This document shows, piece after piece, positions 13,380-26,571 of a DNA stretch of 64,000 nt. A program made the position numbers and the translations under genes. Origin of the DNA: Octopus sinensis (taxonomy: Eukaryota); NCBI RefSeq assembly GCF_006345805.1, contig NC_043004.1, forward strand, positions 92,628,001 to 92,692,000, written 5' to 3'. How positions within the stretch are numbered: position 1 is the first letter of the stretch; every line of letters begins with the position of its first letter. A model generated the notes under the pieces. It had not been told where the DNA came from. It ran no database searches and saw nothing but the letters and a program-made list of their open reading frames with translations.

Positions 13380-14770
13380 ATTGTTATATTTCGGAATGTC
13401 AATATATATCTCAAGACAACAAAAGAATTAAAGAGACCTCGATATTATGTAAATAGAGGAATTTATCTGTTAATATAATATGTGACAATTATTCGGTAGC
13501 CATGATAAAACTCCGAGTTTCCGATGGCGGGGAGTAAACCCACGCCGGCATCTCTTCAATTATCGGAGCATAGAAAAATGCTATGAAAATAACCGTTAAA
13601 CAAAGTATAATTACTGTGTGATTGACCGTTATTAGGACAAAACAGCTATTAGAATGACCACTAAGTAAGGGGAGGGAGTAAATTAAGGGAGTAAAAATGT
13701 TCATAGTAATCGCGCATGTCCATACATACACATGCGCGCCCGCACCCCACGTACATGCGCCTATATTTATAAACTCATCCACCCTCACTTGAAACACACA
13801 CATGCTCACCCACACATACGCCAAAAAATATATACATACCCGCTACACGCTTGCACGCGCACACGTTCACACACATACACGCACAAAAAAGCTTCATACA
13901 CACGTCTATATACGGATATGCACAAGAAAAAACAGGGCTAAAGGCAAAGTACAGAAAAATGTGTAAAAATTAAGCAATAAGAGTAAAACTCGTCTATATA
14001 CGCACATACCCGCACATACGCACACATCCACACGCACGCACAAAACATTCCATATACACGTCTATATACGCACATACCCGCACATACGCACACATCCACA
14101 CGCACGCACAAAACATTCCATATACACGTCTATATACGCACAGGAAAAATGCCGGGAGGAAGGTAGAATACAGAAGAAGTATGTGTAAAAAATATATGAG
14201 CAATAAAACAATAAAACAATATCTCTATAAATATGTAAAAAAAATATGTAAAAATATATAAGAAATATAAGTAAAAAGTATAGAGAGATAAAAAACTTGC
14301 ACGTGGACACAATATAGAAAGCAAGTCCTATCTGTAATCGCGTAGGGGACCAAAAACGTAACAAATATTTAGCCACGTATGGACATGATCCAAAAAGTTC
14401 ATTTCTTGAGTTTAGACATGTGACGAGGTCTAAGCTGCTTTTCCGGATGAGCCATCTTTCCATATCACAAAAACCGCACTTTCCACTGCCGTTGGTGTAA
14501 GATGTTCCAATGGATGTTGTAACTGACACCTTTATCTTTTAAGGACCATATATGACTGGATAATTTGGTCGTTTTCTTTTTATCCCAGTGCCTGAAGCTC
14601 AAGGTGTGATTATTGAACCTGGCCTTGAAGTTATCCTCTGTAAGGCCCGTGTATTTCTTCGTCGGAACCGTGTCCTTAGTGGATATAGAGTTCACAGTGG
14701 CTTTATAAATGATGGTCTCGGACATGTTCATGCAGGGATAAAACTTTGTGAATATGTTAATGTAATATTG
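13380..14770 (-). mobile_element. Penelope-like element 3' part (GIY-YIG endonuclease, 3' region with 68-bp tandem repeat, hammerhead-like motif)
   Basis: IIYKATV..KKYTGLTEDNFKARFNNHTLSFRH..TKLSSHIWSLKD..YNIHWNIL and C.FCDMERWLI..LNSRNEL. 68-bp repeat at 13991-14141. HHR-like motif at about 13504-13564 on the - strand. Confidence 0.8.
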
Positions 14771-14899
14771 TATTGAAAATATTCATCGTCGTCAGCGTCA
14801 TTGCCAGTGCATCCAGTGGCTGTTTAAGCCAGGGCAGTATAGAAGTTCTGGGGACAAGGAAGTGTGAGTCGCTCTTGGCGTTTTTGACATCGGATTTCT

Positions 14900-15915
14900 G
14901 CCTGTTGACGTCTGTTATTTTCCATCTGATCAGTTCATTCGACTATGATATGCCGCCACTTTGCACAGTCATTGGTGAATGTCTTCCAAGTACGTGGGTC
15001 AATGAAGCAGCGAAGAGGAATTTCCTGGAGCTAGTTTTGGAAACGGAATTTGGAGACTCCGCGTGGTCTGTTGCCTGAGGTCAACTCCGCAAAGAGGATA
15101 GACGCGTTTAAGGTATATTTATGCTGGGTCTCGACCAGCGAAGATGGTGTCGTGCTATGGTAGCTTCAAATCTGGGCAGTTTGGTCTGGAGCAGAATCCT
15201 TTTATATTGTAGTTCTCCCTTCGAATCCTCATAACTGCGCGTAGTTTGTGTTGTTAGAAACGTTCGATTTTCTTCAAGTCTCGTCGGTACAATACTCACA
15301 TCTCACTGTAGAGGAGTGTGGAAAGGACGACGATTCGGAATACCATGATTTTTGTTTAGATGGTGAGTTCGCGATTTAGGAAGACTTGATTTGAGAGTCT
15401 TCCGAAAGCAGTACGAAGTGCGCTGATCCTAATTTCGATATCTTTCTGAATAGTGCAATCCCTGAATATGTAGCTTCCGAGATATGGGGAAACCTCCACT
15501 GTTTCCCAGACAGTACCACACAGCCTTATGTCACTGGTGTCTGGAGGAGATTGACCGAGGACTCCCTGTGCAAGGATCTTTGTCTTCCTTACATTTGTGG
15601 TCAGCTTTCTTTAAATCCCAGAACACAAAAAGTAATTTCTCTCTCTGCTCCTAGGCCTTTTCTTAGAGAAGGTGGACGCAAAAGACCATGTCGATGGTAC
15701 CATCGGTGGGACGGAAGCCGCACTGCAACTCTGAAAAAGCTTCCTCAACGACGACCACTAATCTATTTAGCGAGATCTCTGCGAAGATCTTCCCAGAGAC
15801 AAAAGGAAGGAAGTTACCGTGATAGTTCCCACCGATTACCCTATCTCCCCTCTTGAAGACTAATGATGGCTGCGTCTTCAAGGTCCACAAGAATAGCTTC
15901 TAACTCCCAGAGACG
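14900..15915 (-). mobile_element. Degenerate RTE-clade LINE fragment
   Basis: FKRGDRVIGGNYHG..GKIFAEISLNRL..ELQCGFRPTDGTIDMVF (RT domains 1-2) and RPRG..RF..IDPRTW..ND..KWR (RTE C-terminus). Confidence 0.8.
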
Positions 15916-16560
15916 TTAGATAAATATATATACAGCCTGGTCTTCCCAGTTTAACCACCGTGAGACAGGAGCTCCAAAGATATGGTGTGTCTATGTATTT
16001 ATATGTATGTGCAATCTTGCGTTTATATGTATTTATGTATGTGTAAACTTCTATATACGCATATATGTTTGTGTGCATGTATAAGCATATATGTAAATAG
16101 GTATGTCGATGAATGGATGTAAATATATGTGTGTGAATGTGTGTGTGCTTGTGTATGTCTGTGTGTGTGTGTGTGTTTGTATACATACATACAGGGAGAA
16201 AAGTGGTTGTGTGTATCTGTGTGCTTTTGGTGTGGCAATATGTAGTACATGTATGTGTTTAAGCTATGTTTGTGTGTTACACATAGCAGAAACAGCTTTC
16301 ATTCAGTCTATATTTTATGTCAACAGTTACTGTTTTAAAGAAATCTAAAACAAACAATGAATGGGTGAAACGTGACATTTCTCTAGCTGTTGATTATCTC
16401 TGATAATCTAATAGGATCAAACAAGAATGTCTCGATAACGCAGACTCGCCCAATCCAATCCCCCCATACTGGCCATTGTTTTTCTCTTCTTTTGTCTGTC
16501 AATTTTTTGTGTTTCTTTCTCTTTGATTCCCTCTCCCTCTCCCTTCTACCTCTAGGTTTC

Positions 16561-16607
<47 letters not shown>

Positions 16608-16718
16608 ACTCACATATATATGTATGTGTGTATACACACACATTTATATATACATATATGTGTATGTATATGTTTGTATGTGTATGCATCAATGTATCTT
16701 TCGCTGTTTATCTATATT

Positions 16719-16751
<33 letters not shown>

Positions 16752-17201
16752 CTGTGCGCGCGCATGTGTGTGTGTGTGTGTAGTGGGGTTGATGTAGCTA
16801 TGTATTTCCATGTTACTTCTCTAAAGAATGAGACCATTTTTTGCTCAACTTATAGTAAAATTTGGAAAGGAAACAAATGCAACTTTAATCTATTTTACTT
16901 ACATTTAATTTAATTTAACCAGCCTACGTACGTTTCAATGTTTTATCTTCATCAGTATAGATCTTAGTTTTAGAGGTAAATTTACAGGGGAATTATTGCA
17001 TTATACTCACACACATGTATACATACATATATACATACGTACATACATACATACATACATACATACATACACACACATACATACATGCATACATACAAAT
17101 ATACGTGAAATACATGCATATACGCAAGCTCACACTCACACACATAATCACATACATATATGTATGTGTGAACATTGGAAAATACTGCACACATACACAC
17201 A

Positions 17202-17236
<35 letters not shown>

Positions 17237-17359
17237 ATACATGTATGTATATACAGAAATTGGTTAATAGTGTTTAGTTCAAAAATGCCATTTATAGAAG
17301 GAAGAATGCATAGAGTGCAAAGGTGGGTACAATTTGCAAAGAATATTATAACATATTTT

Positions 17360-17830
17360 GTTTTTATTCCTCGTTGAAGGGATGGGTGGAGTAATTAGTC
17401 CTGATATTAGATTCCTAGGTTCTCGTTCGCCTTTTTTTTATTGGTAGAGTGAGCTGAATTTTAGTGAACAATAACATCGCTGTAGGTGGTTTTCTTCCAG
17501 TTCTTGGTATTGATACCAACCGCCACTATGCTTTGGAAGCGGTAATCCACTTGGAAAAAGATCCTATGATGCTTGTCAGACATTCGGTGTTAATGCCATA
17601 CAAAATCGCTATAAACTTAACACAAATTTCAAAAAGAAGACCTACTATAGAAATATGTTGCTTTTCTACAAATCATTTTATCTTTGGCAAGACAAGCAAG
17701 AGACTAAAATTGTTCACTCATAATAATGACAGATGCAGCGAGAGACGGCATCATGTCACTAATAATTTTAAGTTGCAAAGTGTGTTGAATGATAATGGCT
17801 ACCCAACAAAATTTTACCAGCTACGAGCTG
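17360..17830. mobile_element. Highly decayed retroelement fragments (RTE-like on -, possible Penelope RT C-terminus on +)
   Basis: Minus strand has a KNWKK..KKGERE-like stretch. Plus strand has LNDNGYPTKF, similar to the Penelope L..NGYP..F motif. Confidence 0.35.
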
Positions 17831-18443
17831 AGTAACAAACCCCAAGAACAGAATTCTTCCAATACCTATTTTCTTAGATCGCTTCGCTTCATGGGGAGGA
17901 GCTAAATATACAGCTATCTCATGAAGCAGTACGCTTAGAAAATTACACATGGACCAGACGTTAGCCTCATCAATTCTCCTCTATTTTTCTCTCTGGCTCC
18001 TTTCCTTCCCTTTCAGTACCTACCTACCTACTTATCTATCTACATATATATACATATATGTATATATGTGTGTATGTATGTATATATGTATATTACATAA
18101 ATATTATATATCATATATGTATAGGAGTGCATATATGTGTATGAGTGTACGTGTGTATGTGTGTGTGCGCGCACGCGCGCGTATGTATGCATGTGTCTAT
18201 GTATGTTCAGTGTGTTCGAGCTAAGTATGACAGCTTGCATAGAAGGAAAAGAAAATACAATATCCCATCCAAAAATAATGGTATCGTTAAAAAATCAAAA
18301 AGTATCAACTAGATTATGACTAGGAGATAAAAAGTATACTCAAAGTAGCTGCCCTCAGTTTCTGCCATAGACTTTCGGCGGCTCCGGCATTTTGCGAACG
18401 CGTCCTCACTATTGATTTTAACGTAAAAACTGTGCTAAATAAT

Positions 18444-18985
18444 CTTTTCGGCTCTAGGCACAAGGCCCGAAATTTTGGGGAAGGGGTGCCAGTCGATTAG
18501 ACCGACCACAGTACGCAACTGGCACATAATTTATCGACCCCGAAAGATAAAGACGATCTCGGCGGAATTTGAACTCAGAACGTAAAGACAAACGAAATAC
18601 CCATTTCTTTACTACCCACAAGGGGCTAAAAGCAGAGAGGACAAACAAGGACAAACAAACGAATTAAGTCGATTATATCGACCCCAGTGCGTAACTGGTA
18701 CTTAATTAATCGACCCGAAAGGATGAAAGGCAAAGTCGACCGCGGCGGAATTTGAACTCAGAACGTAACAGCAGGCGAAATACCTATTTCCTTACTACCC
18801 ACAAGGGGCTAAACACAGAGAGGACAAACAAGGACAGACAAGCGGATTAAGTCGATTAAGTACGTAACTAGTACTTAATTTATCGACCCCGAAAGGCAAA
18901 GTCGACCTCGGCGGATTTTGAGCTCAGAATGTAACTACTACGCATTTCGCCCGGCGTGCTAACGTTTCTGCCAGCTCGCCGCCTT
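18444..18985 (-). mobile_element. Group B tRNA-derived SINE with tandemly repeated body and 19-bp TSD
   Basis: Head ggcggcgagctggcagaaacgttagc at 18985 (-) and three repeats of the ...gaaaggcaaagtcgac..cggcggaatttgaactcagaacgta unit. TSD aaaaactgtg(c/t)taaataat at 18425-18443 and 18986-19004. Confidence 0.88.
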
Positions 18986-19669
18986 AAAAACTGTGTTAAA
19001 TAATACACATTAATGGATTGTGCTTAAATTTTATAAATCCTTTTTTTATAAATATAAATCATGCATATTTTTTCTGGTAAATCGAATATCACTCTGTTTT
19101 GCAGATTTGCTTAAAGAATATGCCAGAGATCAAATTCATTAACTTTACAGATTTACAGTTAAAATTATCATCAGCTATATTTTAAAAAACAATGAATTTT
19201 ACCAGTTATAGCTATTATATCCTAAATTAAATTCATTTAAAGCAAAATCGATTTGTACAAACGATCAATAATCAAAAATATGTTATTAAATATTTGTACA
19301 AAATTTACTTATATATTTGTGGATGTGTGTATATGTATCTCTGTATGTGTTTGTGTGTGCGTGCGTGCTTTTACATATTTAATCATTCATAAACTTGTGG
19401 TAACACAAAATATTTGTGAGGCGCAGTATGCGTGATGTAAAAACAATTTGTACCTGTAAAGATGTCCCGACTGAATAGATATAATTTTAACGTTAAACTT
19501 TATTGTTATATTACATGCATAAATGGATTGAGCGTGTATAATCAATGGCGACCCAAATAGTGCAGGACTTGTAGACAAATGCAAATGGAAATGTTTCCAC
19601 AAATGAAATAGCGCAATAAAAATAAACAGGAACAAATACGCAAGCTTTTCATCACTTAATGAATATATT

Positions 19670-20450
19670 TCGATTAATTCATAACTTTCTGTTTTCTAGC
19701 CTTCAAAGCTACGGACTTGTAAATCACCTCATCGAAATCAATAGCTTCCACTAACTCTCTTTTAATTGATAATATCGCAATGTTGGAAAGTGTTGATTGT
19801 CCCTTGGTAGATCGCAAATAGGTCTTTGTAAGTTGCAGCTTTGAAAAGCTCCTTTCACATGAAGCTAACAGATGCACAGATAGAAATAATTTTAGGCTTA
19901 GTGAAAGAGTTGGAAGAGCTTTTATGAAGTCCTATTCAGCCATGAATGCGAAATTGCTTAATGTTACTTAATATTTGGCCTCTCCCAGATCAGTCTCTAC
20001 TACTTTCAGGTGCCTTTTCAGCCTTAGTGTCGCTAATAAAATTATCGCTCACAGATAGCTTTTCATAGAAAGTAGTGAATTTTGGAAAGAGCACTTTTAA
20101 ATATTCTTCAGTTGCGGATATGAATGAGACTCTTTGAGCAAACCCAAACATGATTGTTGCTTCCTTGATGGCATAGCTTGACACAACTCATTTAGATAAT
20201 TGCATAAGGTTGACAACCAAAATAATAACTGAAGCAGACTCGTATTGATAAGTAATTAGTCTTGCTATCAAATTAGGCACGTGTTTGTACACAGGCTGTC
20301 AATCTTCTACCTCTATGCTAAAGGGTTATATCAACGCACATGCTTGTTTATATTGCAATGAGTAGTTTTCCGTTACGCTCTATATCTTTGGATATAAAAG
20401 AAAGAGAGGTTCCTGATGATGATTTAGTACCAGCAAAAGTAACTGGTTCG
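19670..20450 (-). mobile_element. hAT DNA transposase C-terminal remnant
   Basis: ASCERSFSKLQLTKTYLRST..LSNIAILSIKREL..IDFDEVI..KARK matches the hAT dimerisation domain. The upstream frames are broken. Confidence 0.85.
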
Positions 20451-21632
20451 CTCCAAATCTCGATCTGTCAAAAGTGTTCTCATGGAGCCTAATTTCACAG
20501 CGAGACTAAATGCATTCTGTTACGACTACATATATTTAAGTTTATATATACCTTACTTGCTTGCTGATATACCAGCTAAATAACTGAAGTACATCAATTC
20601 AAATTATCATAAGCATTCTAGCCGTGAATATCCAGGGTTTTTTTTATCCTTTCTGGTGGGAACCCAGGAAAACATTATCCATCGTGTCATTTCTATGATG
20701 GTAAGATGTAATTTGAGGGATATTTGACTATTATTTTTAGCAAAAAAAAGGACCACGTATAGATTCTAACGATGGCTCGATGACTCGTAGAATATTAGTA
20801 ATCGAGTAATTAATGATTTATGGATTGATTGACAAGCATATTGATTACTATAACTGACTTCATTTATCCTCAGTCCACCTATTGTGGTATTGGGGCAACA
20901 ATCTCCAATGCATTATTTGATGTCCTGACCCTTTCGGCCTTTGATGACCCCCATGTGTATTAAACTACAGCTATGGCGACAGAAGATTAACAAAAGGTTA
21001 TTTATTTTAGAAGGCGTAAAGTGGGGATGAAAAAAGAACGGAAGCTGCTACCCTTCCCTCACCTTATCACTTGTGCTAATGGGCACCGTATTTACCGTAT
21101 TACTGAGAGAAGAGCAAGTATTGCTTTTATTTAATCAAGTGGTCTCGTGATCCATCTACACAGTTGATATATCACTATATTCTTCATCGTCATCATAACC
21201 CTCATTATCACTGTCATCATCGTCATTATCGTCCTCTTTATTATATGAGATATAAAGCTAATATACTCGTGTCACTGGACATCATTCATGCTTCTAGTTT
21301 TATACTACCATCTCCTCTATCTCTATCACTACCTCTGTTTCTCTTCCCACCTCCGAAAGGTACCTCTGAGCCTACACATCCAACCGCTCTCACTCTCTCA
21401 CTCTCTCTTTACATATTTCTCTCTCGCTCTCTCTCTTATACTCTCTCTCTCTCTCTCTCTTCATCTATCTAATTATCTATCCCTTTATCTGCCTATTTAT
21501 CTATCTTATTTGCTATCTCTCTCTTTTTCTCATCCTCTCTCTCTCTCTCTCTCTCTTGTTTCTCAATGTCTATTGTACAGTGTCTACAAATACACGCACA
21601 AAGGCACACGCATATATATATATATATATATA

Positions 21633-21669
<37 letters not shown>

Positions 21670-21790
21670 TTCTTGTTCCTTTTAAGTACTTTCATTTACA
21701 CATTTTGCCCTATCTTTCAGCCCAAGAGGAACTTTGCCTGAAGCATATCATTTCCTATACTCCTTACCGCTCAGTGCACTATATAATATA

Positions 21791-21850
<60 letters not shown>

Positions 21851-21966
21851 TATATATATACATATATATATATACACACACACATACTCACATATAGATA
21901 TATGTACATATACATATATATATTAATGTGTATAAATGTCTATATGTATGTGTGTGTATATATGTA

Positions 21967-22012
<46 letters not shown>

Positions 22013-22592
22013 TGTGTGTGTGTATGTGTGTGTGTGTGTGTGTGTATACGTACGTATTCATATATATATATTAGGGGATTTTAACTGACACTGTCACTAA
22101 TTATTCTAATCTGTAATGTTAAATAGCCAGTACACTTCTGACGCTCATTCATAATTCTCAGACTATCACCACTAGATTCTCTTGAATACTAGTCTAGCTT
22201 TTCATAGTGTTCGTTCATCACATCCCTATAATTAATCTGTTATCCCTATACGAAAATCTATTCCACTGCATATACGTTTACAATTTTATATAACTGGCAC
22301 AATTCTCTTAGTTCTTAGTAATTTTCAGGTTAGCACTAGTTACCACATAATTCTCAGCCGACCACAATTTCTCTTAGTCAAATCTATAGCATAAGAAAGC
22401 AAGCATACAGTTTTCAAATGTGTCCATAATTTTCACGCCGCTGTATATTCCGTGAACTTTACGCTATAACATATTACAAAAACACATATAGATCTTGTTT
22501 TTTTTCTCCAAAATTACCGGATTAATGTTGACATGAAGTATAATCTTTAACTTAAAAAATAGATATTTATATATATACTTTTTTTCTTTTTG

Positions 22593-22654
22593 ATGTCTGT
22601 GGAAGACAATGCAGTAATTTTACAGAAATTAATGGAAAGGTTTACAATGTACAG
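22593..22654 (+). CDS. Putative first coding exon of EGF-CFC gene (MSVEDNAVILQKLMERFTMY-R; start may be ATG 22593 or ATG 22632)
   Basis: Open frame from ATG 22593 and in-frame ATG 22632, ending at a strong donor CAG|GTAAGA in phase 2. This joins exactly to the phase-2 exon at 41640 (AG+A=Arg). Supported by splice-phase logic, not by homology. Confidence 0.55.
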
Positions 22655-22774
22655 GTAAGAATATTTCCTCTTTTACAAACATATTCTTTTACATTTTACC
22701 TTGCTATCTGATGACACCTCTTGATTGTTTACATTCTAGTAATAAAAAAAACTAAACACAAAAATTGAATGTTT

Positions 22775-22815
<41 letters not shown>

Positions 22816-23058
22816 CATAAAACCTGTCGAGCACACAATTTATTGTAGATGTGACTCACCTATTACGGTGAGACGGAGATAAATGAGATGAAGTTTTTAC
22901 TTCTTATCTCAAACAGATATAACAGAAATATTTCAAACTCGATTGAACTGTAGACAGCAATTTATAATTTAACAAATATACATAACATGTGCGGAGATGT
23001 GCTGTGCATATATGTGTGAATAGATATTTCTTAATACATCTTTCTCTCCCTCCCCCCT

Positions 23059-23097
<39 letters not shown>

Positions 23098-23465
23098 CTT
23101 GTTCTCTTGTGTCTATTTCTGAATATATATATATATATATGTATATATATATCTATATATATATATATATAATAATATAATATATATATATATATATATA
23201 TATAATGTATATATTATATATATCTATATATATCTATATTTAAAAATATACACAGATATCTGTATATATGGTACATAAAGTATATGTACATGCGCATATG
23301 CATATTTATACACCCACATACATACGTACATACATAAATGTGGTACGTATGTTGTTTTAATGTATGTGTGTGGTTTGTGTCAGTATACGTGTACATGTGT
23401 ATTATAAATAATATATATAGATGTGGGTAGTATGTATATATACATATGTATATATGTATTATATA

Positions 23466-23496
<31 letters not shown>

Positions 23497-23508
23497 GATA
23501 TCTATATA

Positions 23509-23906
23509 TACTCTTTTACTCTTTTACTTGTTTCAGTCATTTGACTGCGGCCATGCTGAAGCACCGCCTTTAGTCGAGCAACTCGACCCCGGGGCTTATT
23601 CTTTGTAAGCCCAGTACTTATTCTATCCGTCTCTTTTGCCGAACTGCTAAGTAACGGGGACGTAAACACACCAGCATCGGTTGTCAAGCAATGCTAGTGG
23701 GACAAACACAGACACACAAACACACACATACATATATACATATACATATATACGACAGGCTTCTTTCAGTTTCCGTCTACCAAATCCACTCACAAGGCAT
23801 TGGTCGGCCCGGGGCTATAGCAGAGGACACTTGCTCAAGATGCCACGCAGTGGGACTGAACCCGGAACCATGTGGCTGGTTAGCAAGCTACTTACCACAC
23901 AGCCAC
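23509..23906 (-). mobile_element. Group A tRNA-derived SINE, near full length
   Basis: Near-identical reverse complement of 27900-28304. Confidence 0.92.
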
Positions 23907-24041
23907 ATTTTGCGGGCGTATGTATGAGTGTGTAACCATCTATTCTTATTGATATTTTCATGTGAATATGAGCTAAATGCAGTAAGCTAGAAATATAAAC
24001 TCAGTAAAATGGGTTACTCTCGTAGAAAGCAGTATTTCGAA

Positions 24042-24457
24042 GGCGGTGAGCTGGCAGAAACGTTAGCACGCAGGGCGAAATGCTTAGCGGTATTTCGTCT
24101 GCCGCTACGTTCTGAGTTCAAATTCCGCCGAGGTCGACTTTGCCTTTCATCTTTTCGGGGTCGATTAAATAAGTACCAATTACGCACTAGGGTCGTTATA
24201 ATCGACTTAATCCGTTTGTCTGTCCTTGTTTGTCCTCTCTGTGTTGAGCCCCTTGTGAGTAGTAAAGAAATAGATATTTCGTCTACTGCTACGTTCTGAG
24301 TTCATATTCCGCCGCGGTCGACTTTACCTTTCATCCTTTCGGGATCGATTAAATAAGTACCAGTTACGCACTGGGGTCGATATAATCGACTTAATCCGTT
24401 TGTCTGTCTTTGTTTGTCCCCTCTGTGTGTAGCCCGTTGTGTGCTGTAAAGAAATAA
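24042..24457 (+). mobile_element. Group B SINE with duplicated ~180-bp body
   Basis: ggcggtgagctggcagaaacgttagc head followed by two copies of the ctacgttctgagttca...taaagaaatag unit. Confidence 0.88.
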
Positions 24458-24689
24458 GAAAGCAGTGTTTCGATTCAGAGTTAAAATACTTCTTTTATTT
24501 CCTTTCGCCTCTGACCTTTGTTTAATTGTTAAGTCTGTTGCTAACTTTTAATCGCAATCTCATCTTTATATTGCTGGAAATCTCACACAATAGAACAGAA
24601 GACTGAGTCTTCAGCAACAAACCAGATCTTTGATTTTGTCGGAGGTGTATTTTTAATGGGTTTACAGTTAACATTATCGTTTATCATTT

Positions 24690-25380
24690 ACTTGCTTTGG
24701 TCACTGGATTGCGGCCATGAATGAGTTTATTCAAACTAATCGACCGCATTACTCTTTTCTTTTAAAGTTTGGTACTTATAATCAGGGTCTTTTGGGCCGA
24801 ACCACTAAGTTACAGGAACGTAAAAAAAATCAACACTGGTTGTCAAGCGGTGGCGGGACAAACACAACCCCATACATACATATACATACATATATAGATA
24901 TAAATATGTATCTTTTATCCTTCACTTCTTTCAGTCGTCAGTCTGCGGTCATGCTGGGGCACCGCCCTGGAGAATTTTTAGTCGAATGTTTCGACCCCAC
25001 TACTTATTTTTTTTTTAGCGTGGAATTTATTCTATCGGTCTATTTTCCCGAACCTCTAAATTAAGCACGGGTTATCAAGAGGTGTGGGGGAGGACAAACA
25101 CAGATACAAAGACACACATATAGATACATATATACGACGGGCTTCTTTCAGTTTCTGTCTACCAAATCCATTCACAAGGCTTTGGTCGGCCCGAGGCTAT
25201 AGTAGAAGACATTTGCCCAAGGTGTCGTATATACGTTCGATCGGTTTCTTTCAGTTTCCGTCTATCAAATCCACTCGCAAGGCTTTGGTCGGCTCGAGGC
25301 TATAGTAGAAGACACTTGCCCAAGGTATCGTATATACGTGCGATCGGTTTCTTTCAGTTTCCGTCTACCCACTCCACTCA
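24690..25380 (-). mobile_element. Composite group A SINE fragments, including a 103-bp tandem triplication
   Basis: ttctttcagtttc(c/t)gtct recurs at 25143, 25246 and 25349. Confidence 0.75.
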
Positions 25381-25669
25381 GATGAGTGATTAACTTACGA
25401 GTAGTAGTTAATTCAAAACTTATAGATCTCTGGAAACATTGTCCATCGCGTTAACTTATATAAATCCGGAAGTTTACTAGAGATATAGAAAAAACAGATT
25501 AGACAAAATATTTTCTACATTTTCTCTCCGAAAAATAAAAGCAAGAAACACTTTCAAATATTTCAAATGTCAAATAATTCTTTGTAAAAGAAGAATAAAT
25601 TCTAATATACTGAAATATTTTCAATTTTAGTGTTTACAAGTTAATAATGGTTACAAATTTTGATACAAG

Positions 25670-25860
25670 GCCAGTAATTTTAAGGGAAACAGAAAGTCGA
25701 TTACATCGACTCCATTGTCCAACTGATATTTATTTTATCGATCCTAAAGATGGAAAGGCAAAGCTGAGCTTGGCGGAATTTGGATCCAGAACATAAAGAG
25801 CCTGACGAAAAGCGTCAAAGCACTTTGTCCGACTCACTGACCATTTTATCAGCTTGCCTC
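25670..25860 (-). mobile_element. Diverged group B SINE
   Basis: tttatcgatcctaaagatggaaaggcaaagctgagcttggcggaatttg segment. Confidence 0.6.
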
Positions 25861-25892
25861 CTTTTCACAAATTAATAATAATAATAATAATA

Positions 25893-25938
<46 letters not shown>

Positions 25939-26079
25939 AATAATAATATAATAATAATAATAATATATAAAAGAAGAAGAAGAAGAAGAAGAAGAAAAGA
26001 AGAAGAAGAAGAAGAAGAAGAAGAAGAAGAAGAAGAAAGAAATAATAATAATTATTAATAATAATAATAATAATAAAAG

Positions 26080-26475
26080 AAAAAAATGCTTTCTAATTGA
26101 TGTATCAATACCGGCAGATGACAACGTGTCTCTAATAGAAATGGAGAAACTTTCAAAATACAAAGACCTGGAAATAGAGGTAACCAGAATGTGGAATCTG
26201 AAGTCACAAACAATTCCTATCATAGTAGGTGCATTAGGCATGATAAAAAAATATTCAGACAAATACGTAACAAAAACACCAGGACTTACAAACACATATA
26301 ACATACAGAAAATTGCACTACTAGGCACTGCACACATCCTACGCAGAACACTTTCCATACAATAACCATCAGAGCATCACAACAAATCACAGCACATACC
26401 TAAGGCACACAGAGCTGCGATCGGTAGTGAAGTGAAAGCACGCTATAAAAATAAAACTACTGAATGATAAAAATA
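26080..26475 (+). mobile_element. 5'-truncated Dong/R4 LINE (endonuclease C-terminus plus 3' UTR)
   Basis: LIDVSIPADDNVSLIEMEKLSKYKDLEIE..IQKIALLGTAHILRRTL*. (TAA)n on both sides. Confidence 0.9.
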
Positions 26476-26496
26476 ATAATAATAATAATAATAATA

Positions 26497-26569
<73 letters not shown>

Positions 26570-26571
26570 GT

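Noticed and set aside
16345-16385. GGGTGAAACGTGAC as another hammerhead half
   Set aside because: No CTGANGA-like core or helix II partner upstream. Too degenerate to support.
22623-22654. Alternative reading EINGKVYNV, resembling cytochrome b5 HGKVYDVT
   Set aside because: That frame ends in phase 0 and has no compatible downstream exon. The phase-2 frame joins the signal-peptide exon exactly.
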